Under the pieces are notes generated by a model, which saw nothing but the letters and a program-made list of their open reading frames with translations, was not told where the DNA came from and did not search any database. Both the position numbers and the translations under genes were made by a program. A stretch of DNA of 64,000 nt from a bacterium (GTDB lineage: Bacteria; Electryoneota; B3-LCP): positions 20,583 through 84,582 of the forward strand of contig JAPKYS010000054.1 of the NCBI GenBank assembly GCA_026394195.1, given 5' to 3'. Below are positions 53,680-63,163 of this stretch, piece by piece. Numbering within the stretch: position 1 is the first letter of the stretch; the number at the start of each line of letters is the position of its first letter.

Positions 53680-54437
53680 TCAAACGCATAATACTGATTA
53701 TCACGGCGTTGGCTCTGTTGACGTCAATGGCATCAGCCTCCTGGCGCGGCAAAGTGCGCACCGGAGATAAGCTTTACGAACAAGGTAAATACGATGATGC
53801 GTTGGTCAAATATCTCGAAGGCTTGAGTCAAAAAGGAGACTCGGCGCGCATCGGCTACGACCTGGGCAACGTCTTTCAGGGGCAGGAAAAATTCAAGGAA
53901 GCCGGGCAAGCCTTCCAGGGAAATATGGCGCGACGCGACAGCCTGGGTCGAGCGGACGCGCTTTACAACCTGGGCAATGCCCTCTTCGGTGAACAGAAAT
54001 ATCAGGACGCTGCCCAGGCATACAAATCCGCCCTGAAGCTGAAACCGGCTCAAACCGACTACCTGCACAATCTGGCTTTGGCGGAAAAATTGATCCAGAA
54101 ACAGCAGCAACAACAGAAAAACAAAGACAACAAGGATCAGAAAGACCAGAAACAGGATCAACAGCAGAATCAGGATAAGCAGAAGCAGGATCAACAAAAA
54201 CAAGACCAGCAAAAACAACAGGATCAGAAGAACCAGCAGGAACAAGATCAAGCACAACAGAACCAGGATCAAAAGAAAGACCAGGATCAGCAACAGCAAC
54301 AACCCTTGCAGGCTCAGCAGATGTCCAAAGAGGACGCTCTGAGACTACTGAACGCCATCCAGAGCGACGAAAAGCGCGTACAGGAAAACCTGCACAAACA
54401 ACCCGTCACCGAAGGCGGAGTCGCCAAGGATTGGTAA
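53676..54437 (+). CDS. batC: TPR protein BatC with Q/K/D-rich low-complexity tract
   Basis: TPR units (YDLGNVF, YNLGNALF). About 65-aa QQKNKDNKDQKDQKQDQQ... tract. C-terminal KEDALRLLNAIQ motif typical of BatC. Confidence 0.75.
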   Translation: MIKRIILIITALALLTSMASASWRGKVRTGDKLYEQGKYDDALVKYLEGLSQKGDSARIGYDLGNVFQGQEKFKEAGQAFQGNMARRDSLGRADALYNLGNALFGEQKYQDAAQAYKSALKLKPAQTDYLHNLALAEKLIQKQQQQQKNKDNKDQKDQKQDQQQNQDKQKQDQQKQDQQKQQDQKNQQEQDQAQQNQDQKKDQDQQQQQPLQAQQMSKEDALRLLNAIQSDEKRVQENLHKQPVTEGGVAKDW

Positions 54438-54475
54438 ATACTGAATTGAATCTATTCCAGGTACAACCAAAAACC

Positions 54476-56317
54476 ATGCGCAGGATTATTTTACTTACAG
54501 CGATTATTCTCCTCGCCTACGGGTGCGCAGCCTCTGCCGCAGAAATAAATTTCCGCGCCGCCACAGACCGCAATACCCTAAGCATGTCCGAGTCGCTGAC
54601 GCTTAGCTTTCATCTCGAAGGCAAGATGTCCAACGTCCCCGATCCGCAAATGCCGGATCTTTCCGATTGGAACGTCCTGTCCGGACCCAATGAATCTTCA
54701 TCGTTCCAATTCATCAACGGGCAGACGTCGTACAGCAAAGACTGGAGTTTCGTCCTTAATCCTAAACGCGCCGGGCAGTTGACCATCGGTTCTGCGCTGC
54801 TGACCATAAAGAATCTGACCTATCGCACCGATCCGATCACCGTCACCGTGTCGGGGCAAGCCAGCCCTGCTCCGTCGTCAGCACAGCCCCTGCCGACGCC
54901 GCCAAGTTCGGCTCCGCAGAGCGGCAGCGAACCCTCTGAACTTTTCGTGCGCGTCAACGCTGACAACACCAATATCTATCAAAATCAACAGGTGATTCTC
55001 ACCTATACCATCTATACACGGGTCAATGTCAACGGCTTTGAGGTCAGCAAGCTGCCCAGCACTCCCGGATTCTGGCAGGAGGATTTTCAACAGGCTCAGC
55101 AACCGCCGGTTCGGGATGAAGTCATCTCTGGGCGGCATTACCGCGCCGCCCAGATCAGGCAAGTGGCTCTATTCCCCACCCGCTCAGGGGATCTGACCAT
55201 CGATCCTCTGGAGGTCACCTGTCAGGTTCAGATGCAGGACACGCAGCGTCGCCGCCGCGACCCCTTCGACATGTTCTTCGACAGCCCCTTCGCAGGCTAC
55301 CGCACTGAAAAACGGGTGGTATCCACGCAACCATTGACACTGCACGTCAAACCGCTCCCTGAAGATGGTAGACCTGCTGATTATTCCGGATCGGTCGGCG
55401 ATTTTAATCTGATAGTCGACCTGGATAAACAGGCAGTCAAGACCAATGAAGCCCTGACCATGACCGTCAGGTTCAACGGCAGCGGCAATATAAAAGCTCT
55501 ACCTAAACCAAATTTTAGCGCGCCGTCCGATTTCGAAGCCTACGATCCCAAGGAATCGGTGCAGGTCGATAAATCCGGCGGCAGAGTGACCGGCACCAAA
55601 ACCTTCGAATACATACTCATCCCACGCGCACCCGGCAAGACTCGTCTTCCACCGATCAGCTTTTCCTATTTTGATCCAGCCTCGAGAAGTTACCGTACTC
55701 TGACAGGCGGCGGCTATGACCTTGAAGTGGCAAAGGGGTCGGGAGAATTGGCGTCATCTGTCCCCGGAATAGCCCGGGAAGACGTGAAACTGCTGGCAGA
55801 GGACATCCATTACCTTAAGACACCCCAACGGCTGCTGCGCATCGGACCTCCTCGTGACCTTTCATTCGGCTATTGGGCCTTAATGATCCTTCCACCGCTG
55901 CTGGCGCTGCTCTTATGGTGGGGGGCACGCATGCTGGGCGGAGCCGCCTTACAAGCAAAATTGCGCTCGCACAAGGCATATGATCGAGCAAAACGCCAAA
56001 TGCGTGAGATCGGCAAAACGTCTGCAAGCAGCAAGCCGGAAATCGTTTTCGGCGGCGTGCACAAGATTCTGATGGATTTCATCAGCGAAAAACTGAATGC
56101 TCCCGCTTCAGGTTTGAAGGAAGAGGAAATCCTGGAAAAAATCGCCGAAAACCAGATCGAAGCGGCGATGGTCGAAGAAGTGAAGAACGTTTTTCTCGAA
56201 TGCAACTTCGCCCGATTTACCTCCGGTAACGTGGAGGCACAGCAAAAAGACCAAATCGTCAGGCGTGCTGAACAGATCGTAGAACACATTGAGATTTACT
56301 GGGGAGGCAAGTCATGA
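54476..56317 (+). CDS. batD: BatD (oxygen-tolerance) protein
   Basis: Signal peptide MRRIILLTAIILLAYGCAASA. Large extracytoplasmic domain. C-terminal TM (ALMILPPLLALLLWW) and cytoplasmic tail. Track ORF 54431 is trimmed to the ATG at 54476. Confidence 0.75.
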   Translation: MRRIILLTAIILLAYGCAASAAEINFRAATDRNTLSMSESLTLSFHLEGKMSNVPDPQMPDLSDWNVLSGPNESSSFQFINGQTSYSKDWSFVLNPKRAGQLTIGSALLTIKNLTYRTDPITVTVSGQASPAPSSAQPLPTPPSSAPQSGSEPSELFVRVNADNTNIYQNQQVILTYTIYTRVNVNGFEVSKLPSTPGFWQEDFQQAQQPPVRDEVISGRHYRAAQIRQVALFPTRSGDLTIDPLEVTCQVQMQDTQRRRRDPFDMFFDSPFAGYRTEKRVVSTQPLTLHVKPLPEDGRPADYSGSVGDFNLIVDLDKQAVKTNEALTMTVRFNGSGNIKALPKPNFSAPSDFEAYDPKESVQVDKSGGRVTGTKTFEYILIPRAPGKTRLPPISFSYFDPASRSYRTLTGGGYDLEVAKGSGELASSVPGIAREDVKLLAEDIHYLKTPQRLLRIGPPRDLSFGYWALMILPPLLALLLWWGARMLGGAALQAKLRSHKAYDRAKRQMREIGKTSASSKPEIVFGGVHKILMDFISEKLNAPASGLKEEEILEKIAENQIEAAMVEEVKNVFLECNFARFTSGNVEAQQKDQIVRRAEQIVEHIEIYWGGKS

Positions 56318-57090
56318 AGAGACCTTCGATGCCTTTCCGGTGCGCACTGTTGATCGCAGGACTGCTGACGATTGCGCTGGTTGCGGCGGCTCAGAACCCG
56401 CAAGGAGATCTCGGCGCCGCTGAAAAGCTGTACCGATCGGGTGATTATCAGGGCGCCGCCGACGTTTACCAGAACCTGCTGCGCCAGGGGTGGGCTAACG
56501 GTGAATTATACTACAATCTCGGCAACTGCTTCTTCAAGACGGGCAGATACGGCCAAGCTATCCTGAATTACGAACGAGCCCGCCTCTTTCTCGGCAAGGA
56601 CCCCGATCTGGAAATCAACCTGAAGCTCGCCAATTTGAGGATTTTCGACCGAATCGAACCACTGCCGCGAGTTTTCTTTATCAAGATCGTTGAATCGGTG
56701 GGAGGCTGGTTCTCGGTGCGCCGCTGGGGAACGTTTCTCATCGCCATCGAGTGGCTGCTGCTGGCTTGCCTGGTCGCTCTGCATCTGCTGCGTGACCCTA
56801 AAGCGCGCAAGCTGTTCGTGGGTGGATTTTTTGTTTTGGCGACCGCAATGATCATTGCGGGTGGATTTTTCTGGTTGGAAAAAATCAGCCAGGATCGCAG
56901 GACTGAGGCTATTGTTCTGGTGAACAAAGCTGACGTGCGCAGCGCCCCCGAAGCTGGGGCAACCGAGCTTTTCACCCTGCACGACGGAGCCAAATTGACA
57001 GTCTTGCGGGAGGTATCGGGCTGGGCGGAAATTCGACTTGCCGATGGCAAACAGGGCTGGCTGCAATTGACGGCTTTCGAGGAAATTTAG
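56314..57090 (+). CDS. batE: BatE-like TPR/SH3 domain protein
   Basis: TPR units (YYNLGNCFFKTGRYGQAILNYERA). Two TM helices. C-terminal SH3b-like (GWAEIRLADGKQGWL). Confidence 0.7.
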   Translation: MKRPSMPFRCALLIAGLLTIALVAAAQNPQGDLGAAEKLYRSGDYQGAADVYQNLLRQGWANGELYYNLGNCFFKTGRYGQAILNYERARLFLGKDPDLEINLKLANLRIFDRIEPLPRVFFIKIVESVGGWFSVRRWGTFLIAIEWLLLACLVALHLLRDPKARKLFVGGFFVLATAMIIAGGFFWLEKISQDRRTEAIVLVNKADVRSAPEAGATELFTLHDGAKLTVLREVSGWAEIRLADGKQGWLQLTAFEEI

Positions 57091-57119
57091 GGCAGAATCA
57101 CGTACTTTCGAGGGGAACC

Positions 57120-57647
57120 ATGACCAAACCATCCAGACTGCCAACCGTTCAGATCATCTGCATCATGGCAGCAGCCGGGCTGCTGCTAACATCCTGCGCC
57201 CCTACCAAGCCTTCAGCATTGCAGAACGGCAGTACTCCAATAGCTGAAACGGTTCGCGTCCAACAGGATGAAAGCCTCGATCCTCTGACGCTCGGCGGAA
57301 AAGACGTCATCACCTTTCCGGACGTCCGGAAACCGCTGGCTCTGCCCTCACCAGCGCCTGATTCGCTTAAAAAGGCGGCATGTAATCAGCAGGCCGTTGA
57401 GATGTCCGGTTTTCGCGTGCAGCTTTACGCATCAGACTTTGAAGAGGAAGCCAGGAGCTACGAGGAGCGGGCGCTCCTGGATTTCAACGAGAATGTCTAT
57501 CTGACCTTCGACGTACCGATGTACAAGATCAGGATCGGCGATTGCCGAACCCGTGCGGAAGCCAATTTAATCCGGCAGGAAGCGGAGAACAAGGGTTATG
57601 CCGGAGCCTGGGTGGTGCGCTGCAAGGTTCTGGTTACGGATCCTTGA
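57120..57647 (+). CDS. SPOR domain lipoprotein
   Basis: Lipobox LLTSC. C-terminal SPOR fold (FRVQLYASDFEEEAR...YKIRIGDCRTRAEANLIRQEAENKGYAGAWVV). Confidence 0.7.
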   Translation: MTKPSRLPTVQIICIMAAAGLLLTSCAPTKPSALQNGSTPIAETVRVQQDESLDPLTLGGKDVITFPDVRKPLALPSPAPDSLKKAACNQQAVEMSGFRVQLYASDFEEEARSYEERALLDFNENVYLTFDVPMYKIRIGDCRTRAEANLIRQEAENKGYAGAWVVRCKVLVTDP

Positions 57648-59208
57648 AATAAACGGGATTAGTGTAACACGCCTTGCCTTTGTTCGTCATTACTTCCATG
57701 CGTAGGTAACCATCTTTGACTGAAAGAGCTGCTCTTCCGGTATACTGTGTGCTCCCCACACTGCTCACCTCCAGTACAGTAGACTCCCTCAATTCGCCAA
57801 ATTGACCATGCAGCAGTCTTACCGACTCGATATCACCGAATTCCGGTGAGCTGATCGCCTGTGCGACGGCACTTTGCTTATCATCCGTCCCCCTTTGCAG
57901 CTCAACTCCAGCAAAAGGTCCATTGCTGATCAGCGAAGGTTGAAGTTTCAACGCCTCCAGCAAATTTTCCGAGTTCAGATGCTTCTCCAATTTAACGCCG
58001 GTCCAAACGCAGCCGAAAAGCTGTTCATTAGACTCTACCAGGCGCAGCATGGGAAAACCTACCTGCCGGAAGCGGTTGAAATTGCCGTGAGCGTCGCTGC
58101 CCGCCACGATCTTCCAGCGCCTCCCCTGCAGTAATCCCTCGACCCAGACTTGCAGCCCTGCGCGAAAACCCGCATCGAAGGCTCCGTTGCAGACCTGCAA
58201 TCCCCAGAGTTCAGGATCATGAAGATCGTTCATCTCCCAACGCCCACGGCGCAGCAGCAGTTTTTCCAGCAATGGTGGACGCATTCGCGGGTGAGCTGCC
58301 ACGGCCAGCGTCCCGACATCGAGTCTTTGCAAAGCCTCCGCAGCATTTAACTCGCAGGTGGTGATTAACCAGCGTTCGGCTGAATCGCCGGTTCCCGGGA
58401 GAAAAGTTTGCTGGTTGATCAGCAGCAGATGAACGTTCCGGTCCCGGGAATTGCTCACCGAAAGCTCGTACCCGGGCAGTAAGACGAAGCGTCCGGATTC
58501 GGTTTTCGCGAGGCGATCAAGATGATCGGCTCGGGCGCGGTAGCGGCGCAGTTCCGGATCGATTTTATAGTACGACCCGGGCTGGTCGTCAAGGTCATAG
58601 GAGTGATCTGCCGCGAAAGCGAAAGAGCAGCCCATCGCCGGTCCCAACGCCGGGTAAGCTATCAGCGGCGCACCGAATTCGACCTGATCTTCCGTATAGA
58701 CGGTATGGACGTGCATATCACCAAATACCCAGCCCGGTTTCGCCGGCAGCGGACGTCCGGATTGTGTAACTTCAAGCGCACGGTGCGATAACCCGGGAAG
58801 ATTGTCCGTCCAGAACTGGTGACTCCTCCCATTAATCCGAACCTGCCATCTGACCGAGACCTTCCAGATGCAGGGGGCAGCGTCCGGCAGTTCGATCCAC
58901 TCGATATGCTGCCAAAAGTGATCACGGATTTCTTGAGTTGGAAGGGTTATTGGCTGATCAAATTGGAGATGACCGCAGTCTGCGTGGACGTCGACCTTTT
59001 CCAGGGTTACCGGGGATCGGTCAGCATCCTTTACTATCAGCAACACCGGCAGAGACTGCCCGGGGTCGAGACGATAGGGTGCATCGGCGATTATTTCCGG
59101 CTGACGGCGAAAATAGCGGCAGAAAGGAAAGAGCTTGAAACGGTAGTGTATCTCAGGATAGAGAGCAATCAACGGGAGCAGGCGGGTGAGCGGCTCATCG
59201 AGGATCAT
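57634..59208 (-). CDS. PHP-domain (CehA/McbA-type) metal-dependent phosphoesterase/hydrolase
   Basis: FGDMHVHT, AADHSY and GSDAHG are the PHP His/Asp metal-ligand motifs. ATGA-coupled to the upstream radical SAM gene. Confidence 0.6.
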   Translation of the reverse strand: MILDEPLTRLLPLIALYPEIHYRFKLFPFCRYFRRQPEIIADAPYRLDPGQSLPVLLIVKDADRSPVTLEKVDVHADCGHLQFDQPITLPTQEIRDHFWQHIEWIELPDAAPCIWKVSVRWQVRINGRSHQFWTDNLPGLSHRALEVTQSGRPLPAKPGWVFGDMHVHTVYTEDQVEFGAPLIAYPALGPAMGCSFAFAADHSYDLDDQPGSYYKIDPELRRYRARADHLDRLAKTESGRFVLLPGYELSVSNSRDRNVHLLLINQQTFLPGTGDSAERWLITTCELNAAEALQRLDVGTLAVAAHPRMRPPLLEKLLLRRGRWEMNDLHDPELWGLQVCNGAFDAGFRAGLQVWVEGLLQGRRWKIVAGSDAHGNFNRFRQVGFPMLRLVESNEQLFGCVWTGVKLEKHLNSENLLEALKLQPSLISNGPFAGVELQRGTDDKQSAVAQAISSPEFGDIESVRLLHGQFGELRESTVLEVSSVGSTQYTGRAALSVKDGYLRMEVMTNKGKACYTNPVYFKDP

Positions 59209-60173
59209 CTAAGAGTACCAAGGGAACGGGGACGGCGGCGGCGATAATAAAAGTACTTGACACCCCAGGGAAGAAACGAGGCAAAATAGCGGTCGAAGCG
59301 ATAAGGAAGCGACGGCGCCAGGTAGCAGTTGATCGTACATCCATCGCAAAAATCTTCCCTGCCTTCTCGCTGCAGAGCTATTTTTCGCTCGGGGCTCTTT
59401 AAGACCTCCAACAACTTGCCGCGAATGGGAAGATGCTCACTCGCGTGATGGAAACAGGGGAGCAGCAGTTCATCCTTCGGAGATATGACGATCGCCGCGG
59501 AGACGGCTTTGCAGCGTGGACGGTGGATGCTGTTGCCGCCTCCCTGCATTAACTTCATCACCCCACCGTTCAAATAGACGTACGGCCTGCGACAGAGTTG
59601 CGCCAATTCCTTTAATTCCTGAATGTCCAACTCCCCCGTTCCGCCACCGATGGCAAACGCCGGGTTTACGATCAAGATCAATCCCAGCCGCTGCGCCAGC
59701 TCCGCCAGCGGAATCACTTCGCGGTAATTTTGGCGCGAAGCGGTGAAAAGGAGGTCGGGACGCTCGCCCAGCGCCAGGGCGGTGTGAATGGCTTCTATGA
59801 CGCTGTCATAAGAAGAGACCCCCCGCATCCGGTCCTGCACCTCACGGGTTGCTCCATCAATCGATATATGCAGCAGATTGACCAGACCGGATAATTCACG
59901 GCTGCGCTTGGTGTAGAGCAGCCCGTTGGTCGTGACCGTTGTCATCAATCCACCAGCACGCGCCGCCTTCAAAAATAGCGGTAAATCCGGGTGTAGCAGC
60001 GGTTCCCCGCCGGTGAAGTCAACGATGCGTACTCCCGCTTCGGGGAGTTGGCGCAGGTTGGATAGAACCGCATGGCCGGACGCCAGTGTTTTGTCGGCAC
60101 CCTGCCAGATGTTGCAAAAGCTGCACTTGGAATTGCAGCGTAGAGTCAGGTAATAATTGCAGACTAAAGGCAT
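59205..60173 (-). CDS. Radical SAM/SPASM-type enzyme (paralog 1)
   Basis: CNSKCSFC (CX3CX2C) at residues 13-20. GGEPLL. C-terminal Cys cluster (CFHHASE..., CDGCTINC). Confidence 0.7.
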   Translation of the reverse strand: MPLVCNYYLTLRCNSKCSFCNIWQGADKTLASGHAVLSNLRQLPEAGVRIVDFTGGEPLLHPDLPLFLKAARAGGLMTTVTTNGLLYTKRSRELSGLVNLLHISIDGATREVQDRMRGVSSYDSVIEAIHTALALGERPDLLFTASRQNYREVIPLAELAQRLGLILIVNPAFAIGGGTGELDIQELKELAQLCRRPYVYLNGGVMKLMQGGGNSIHRPRCKAVSAAIVISPKDELLLPCFHHASEHLPIRGKLLEVLKSPERKIALQREGREDFCDGCTINCYLAPSLPYRFDRYFASFLPWGVKYFYYRRRRPRSLGTLR

Positions 60174-60235
60174 CGAGTTCTTCGCAATGAGTTCATGATG
60201 TCAGTGGACGGATGAAAAATTGTTTTCGTCCCCGC

Positions 60236-60339
60236 AGGGGACTGAAGCAACGTAGCCCGAGAATTCATTCCCGGGGATTAATCAAAGTCAGAGACGCCCC
60301 GACTATGTTGCTGTGTAGGGGCGCAGCATGCTGCGCCCT
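60236..60339. repeat. Repeat modules (GAGAATTCATTCCCGGGG; GC hairpin GTAGGGGCGCAGCATGCTGCGCCC at 60315-60339)
   Basis: Matches 10182-10199 and the hairpin family. Confidence 0.5.
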
Positions 60340-60418
60340 GTTAAAACGGGAATTCTATCCTGTCAATTTAATTAGTCAGCTGCCATCAACCTTGGGGGTG
60401 AGGTTCTGGTATAATAAC

Positions 60419-61510
60419 CTAATCAAACTTTCTCCCTTTCCACTGTACCCGACGCCTGGTCAATGTGAGATAGCCCAGGTACGGCGCTGAGCACGTGTAA
60501 AAGAGCTCCCAAAGTACGAAATAACGCAGCAACTCCTTCCACTCCAGCTTGGAAGCAATATGCCTTTGCAAAGCATAATCGAACAGTGAGGTCAACACCC
60601 AGGCGGTCCATGCAGCCGGACACCCGAGAATGATCCCCAACAGAATCAGATAGTGTCGCAGCGCCATGGTAAACACGCAGAGTTTGCCGACGGGATTGAG
60701 CCAACGTATACCGGTGGCCCAACGCAGGCGTTGTTGAGTGAACTTCGACCAGGTGGAAACCCCGGGAGTAATCACTGCCATTTCCGGCGAAATCGGAAAG
60801 GATACGCGAGCTCCCCGCCGGGCTAATGCCTGCACCAGCGCCCGGTCTTCGGTTAAAGAAAAACCGATCCCTTCAAGCCCTCCCACGGATTCATACGCTG
60901 ATCTCCGCACGGAAAGGTTCTTGCCCAGGGCGGCTTGAGGCATACCCCAGCGTGAAAGCGAACTCCCGACGCCTAAGAGGAACAGCCAGTCCAGAGCCTG
61001 TACTTTCGACCATAATCCTTCACCTTCGATGATGGCAAAACCAGCCGCGGCTTCAGCGCTTTCCAGCTCCAGCAGGTGCCGTTCAGCCCAGGTCGGTGTC
61101 AGGATGGCATCGGCGTCGCTGAGCAGCAGCGCTTCATACTGCGCCAATTTGATCCCTTCCTTTAAAGGACGCCATTTCCCGCCGGGTTCGCCAGGAAGCA
61201 ACGCAAGCATATGTAATACCTGGACTTGATACCGACTGCGTGCGGCATAATTATCCATCAGCGCACCGGTGGAATCATTGGAACAGTCATCCACCAGAAT
61301 GACTTCCAGCAGATCGGTCGAAATCGTTTGATCCTCGATGGACTGCAGACAGGCCGGCAGGTCTTTTCCCTCGTCTCTTCCGCAAATAACCAGCGAACCG
61401 CGAAGTGTCTGCGTACCTCTGACGAATTTTTGGCGAAAGCTCAAGCCCACCCGGATGAATAGGGCGAGAAGAATATAGAGCAGAGTAATAATTGCGATTA
61501 GAAGCGTCAT
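60419..61510 (-). CDS. Family 2 glycosyltransferase
   Basis: VILVDDCSNDST (DXD-type), LSDADA, and Q..RW motif (QQRLRWATG). N- and C-terminal TM helices. Confidence 0.75.
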   Translation of the reverse strand: MTLLIAIITLLYILLALFIRVGLSFRQKFVRGTQTLRGSLVICGRDEGKDLPACLQSIEDQTISTDLLEVILVDDCSNDSTGALMDNYAARSRYQVQVLHMLALLPGEPGGKWRPLKEGIKLAQYEALLLSDADAILTPTWAERHLLELESAEAAAGFAIIEGEGLWSKVQALDWLFLLGVGSSLSRWGMPQAALGKNLSVRRSAYESVGGLEGIGFSLTEDRALVQALARRGARVSFPISPEMAVITPGVSTWSKFTQQRLRWATGIRWLNPVGKLCVFTMALRHYLILLGIILGCPAAWTAWVLTSLFDYALQRHIASKLEWKELLRYFVLWELFYTCSAPYLGYLTLTRRRVQWKGRKFD

Positions 61511-61515
61511 GGCTG

Positions 61516-62169
61516 TTATCTATTGAGATAGGGCAGATTCAGCGCTGAACAGCGCTTACCGGTCTGTTGAAAAAACTTCAGCAGCTCCTCGGTCAATTCC
61601 AAAACCGGCGCGGGTCTTAAATTCGTGCCGTCATGCAGTGTGATAACGTCTCCGTTGCGCAAACCTTCAATAGCCTTATTGAACAACACCTGGAGATCAT
61701 CCGGGCGATAGTCACCCGGCATCTTCGACCAAAGAATGGTTCTGATGCCGCGCAGTCGTAAAGACAGAATCGTATCCGGACGGATATGACCGAAGGGAGG
61801 TCGGTAAGCCGCCGTAACCTTGACGCCGGCAGCTTGAATCATCGATATAACGCTGTCAAGCTGCTGGTGCAGCATGGAATTGGTCATCAAATATTTCGAC
61901 TCATGCCGCAGACCGTGCAAACCGATGCGATGCCCCCCTTTGTCGATCTCCCGAATCAACTCAGGCCACCAATCACCAGAATTCGCCACTACAAAGAAGG
62001 TGGCTTGGGCGCGGTATCGAGCCAGGACGTCCAGGAGTTGTGGTGTCACTTCGGGATCAGGGCCGTCATCATAGGTCAGGTACACGGCTCCATCAGCAGG
62101 ATCGGCAAAAAATACTGCTCCGGGAAGCAGTATCCTAGCCAGAATCCCGGGATATTTCCAGGGTTTCAT
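61516..62169 (-). CDS. Polysaccharide deacetylase (NodB-homology, CE4)
   Basis: TYDDGPDP (motif 1), HGLRHE (motif 2). 217 aa. Confidence 0.75.
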   Translation of the reverse strand: MKPWKYPGILARILLPGAVFFADPADGAVYLTYDDGPDPEVTPQLLDVLARYRAQATFFVVANSGDWWPELIREIDKGGHRIGLHGLRHESKYLMTNSMLHQQLDSVISMIQAAGVKVTAAYRPPFGHIRPDTILSLRLRGIRTILWSKMPGDYRPDDLQVLFNKAIEGLRNGDVITLHDGTNLRPAPVLELTEELLKFFQQTGKRCSALNLPYLNR

Positions 62170-63163
62170 GCTTTTTTGTCTTTCGGAAAATGCCGGATCG
62201 ATTGCCCAGCAATTCCTTCCAATATGGCCCCAGAGATTCCATTACCTCCGCCGGGGATGTGAAAAAATCGATGGCGAAATATTGATACCAACCGCAGCGC
62301 CGGTCGCAGGATTTCATACTCTGGCGGTACTCTTTGGCTTCCGGTGTAACTAAGAAATCCATCAATGGCGTCACAGCCAGATTCATGGGTTTGGTTCCCA
62401 GTGTGCGGCAGGGGTAGAATAGCCCGCCGTCGCTGTCGATAATAATGGAGGCAGCCGAACAGCCTGATTCACCGTTGACCGCATCGAGATAGCGGCGCGG
62501 CGTCAAGATGGTGCGGGGATAGCGTTGTTTCAATCTCAGCACTTCGCTGCGGAAGCCGCTGGGATCGGGAAAGTGATGTTCTGCGCCATCCAACTCGACT
62601 GCAGGCATAATCAATATTTTAGCGCTCTGCGCGGCGCAACGGTCGACTTTTGCTTCCAACACGTCCAATTCACCCCGCCTGACTACAGTCTGAACGCAGA
62701 CAATCCAGGGAAAGCGTACCAACTGCGGTAATTGATCGAAAAGCTGCAAATTGTCGTGCCCTTCATCGATGGAAACGTGCAGAAAATCGATATAACGGCT
62801 GTATCGTTCCAGAGGATAATCCAATAAATTCCGAACGCTGGTGGTAAAGAGCAGATAAAACGGCTGTTTCGCCGCCTCCTGCAGTAGGATCTCGATATCT
62901 TTACGTAAGAGAGGCTCGCCGCCTTCCAGAGATGCCAGCACGATGGATGACTTCCCCAGGTTGCGGATTACCTTGATCATACCCTCGGTATCCAGATCGA
63001 GAGCAGGCTGTCTCCAGACGTTGCAGAAGGAACAGTGGAAGCCGCAGTGGTCGGTAACCTTAAGAGACGCATAAAAGGGGTAGACACCCTCACCGCTGTG
63101 CCGATTCAGGTAGAGCCAACGCGCCACCTTGAGCAGCTTGGAAACGGGCAGCATCCTGATCAT
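62135..63163 (-). CDS. Radical SAM/SPASM-type enzyme (paralog 2); track ORF to 63313, ATG at about 63163 overlaps the upstream GT2 stop
   Basis: CGFHCSFC (CX3CX2C). GGEPLL. LHVSIDEG parallels LHISIDGA of paralog 1. C-terminal CRTLG...CDRRCGW cysteines. Confidence 0.65.
   Translation of the reverse strand: MIRMLPVSKLLKVARWLYLNRHSGEGVYPFYASLKVTDHCGFHCSFCNVWRQPALDLDTEGMIKVIRNLGKSSIVLASLEGGEPLLRKDIEILLQEAAKQPFYLLFTTSVRNLLDYPLERYSRYIDFLHVSIDEGHDNLQLFDQLPQLVRFPWIVCVQTVVRRGELDVLEAKVDRCAAQSAKILIMPAVELDGAEHHFPDPSGFRSEVLRLKQRYPRTILTPRRYLDAVNGESGCSAASIIIDSDGGLFYPCRTLGTKPMNLAVTPLMDFLVTPEAKEYRQSMKSCDRRCGWYQYFAIDFFTSPAEVMESLGPYWKELLGNRSGIFRKTKKHETLEISRDSG

Noticed and set aside
53733-54302. 189-aa Leu-rich minus-strand ORF
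   Set aside because: It is the antisense reading of the BatC CAG/CAA/AAG low-complexity tract, so it is an artefact.
57634-57647. 14-nt convergent overlap between the SPOR lipoprotein gene and the PHP hydrolase gene
   Set aside because: This is probably just a tight convergent junction and carries no evidence of function. Either stop could shift slightly with a different start or stop choice.
60174-60418. Small ORF 60212-60490 between the radical SAM and GT2 genes as a RiPP precursor candidate
   Set aside because: Its sequence is encoded by dispersed repeat modules (ATTCC unit and GC hairpin) found elsewhere. It is not a plausible precursor peptide.
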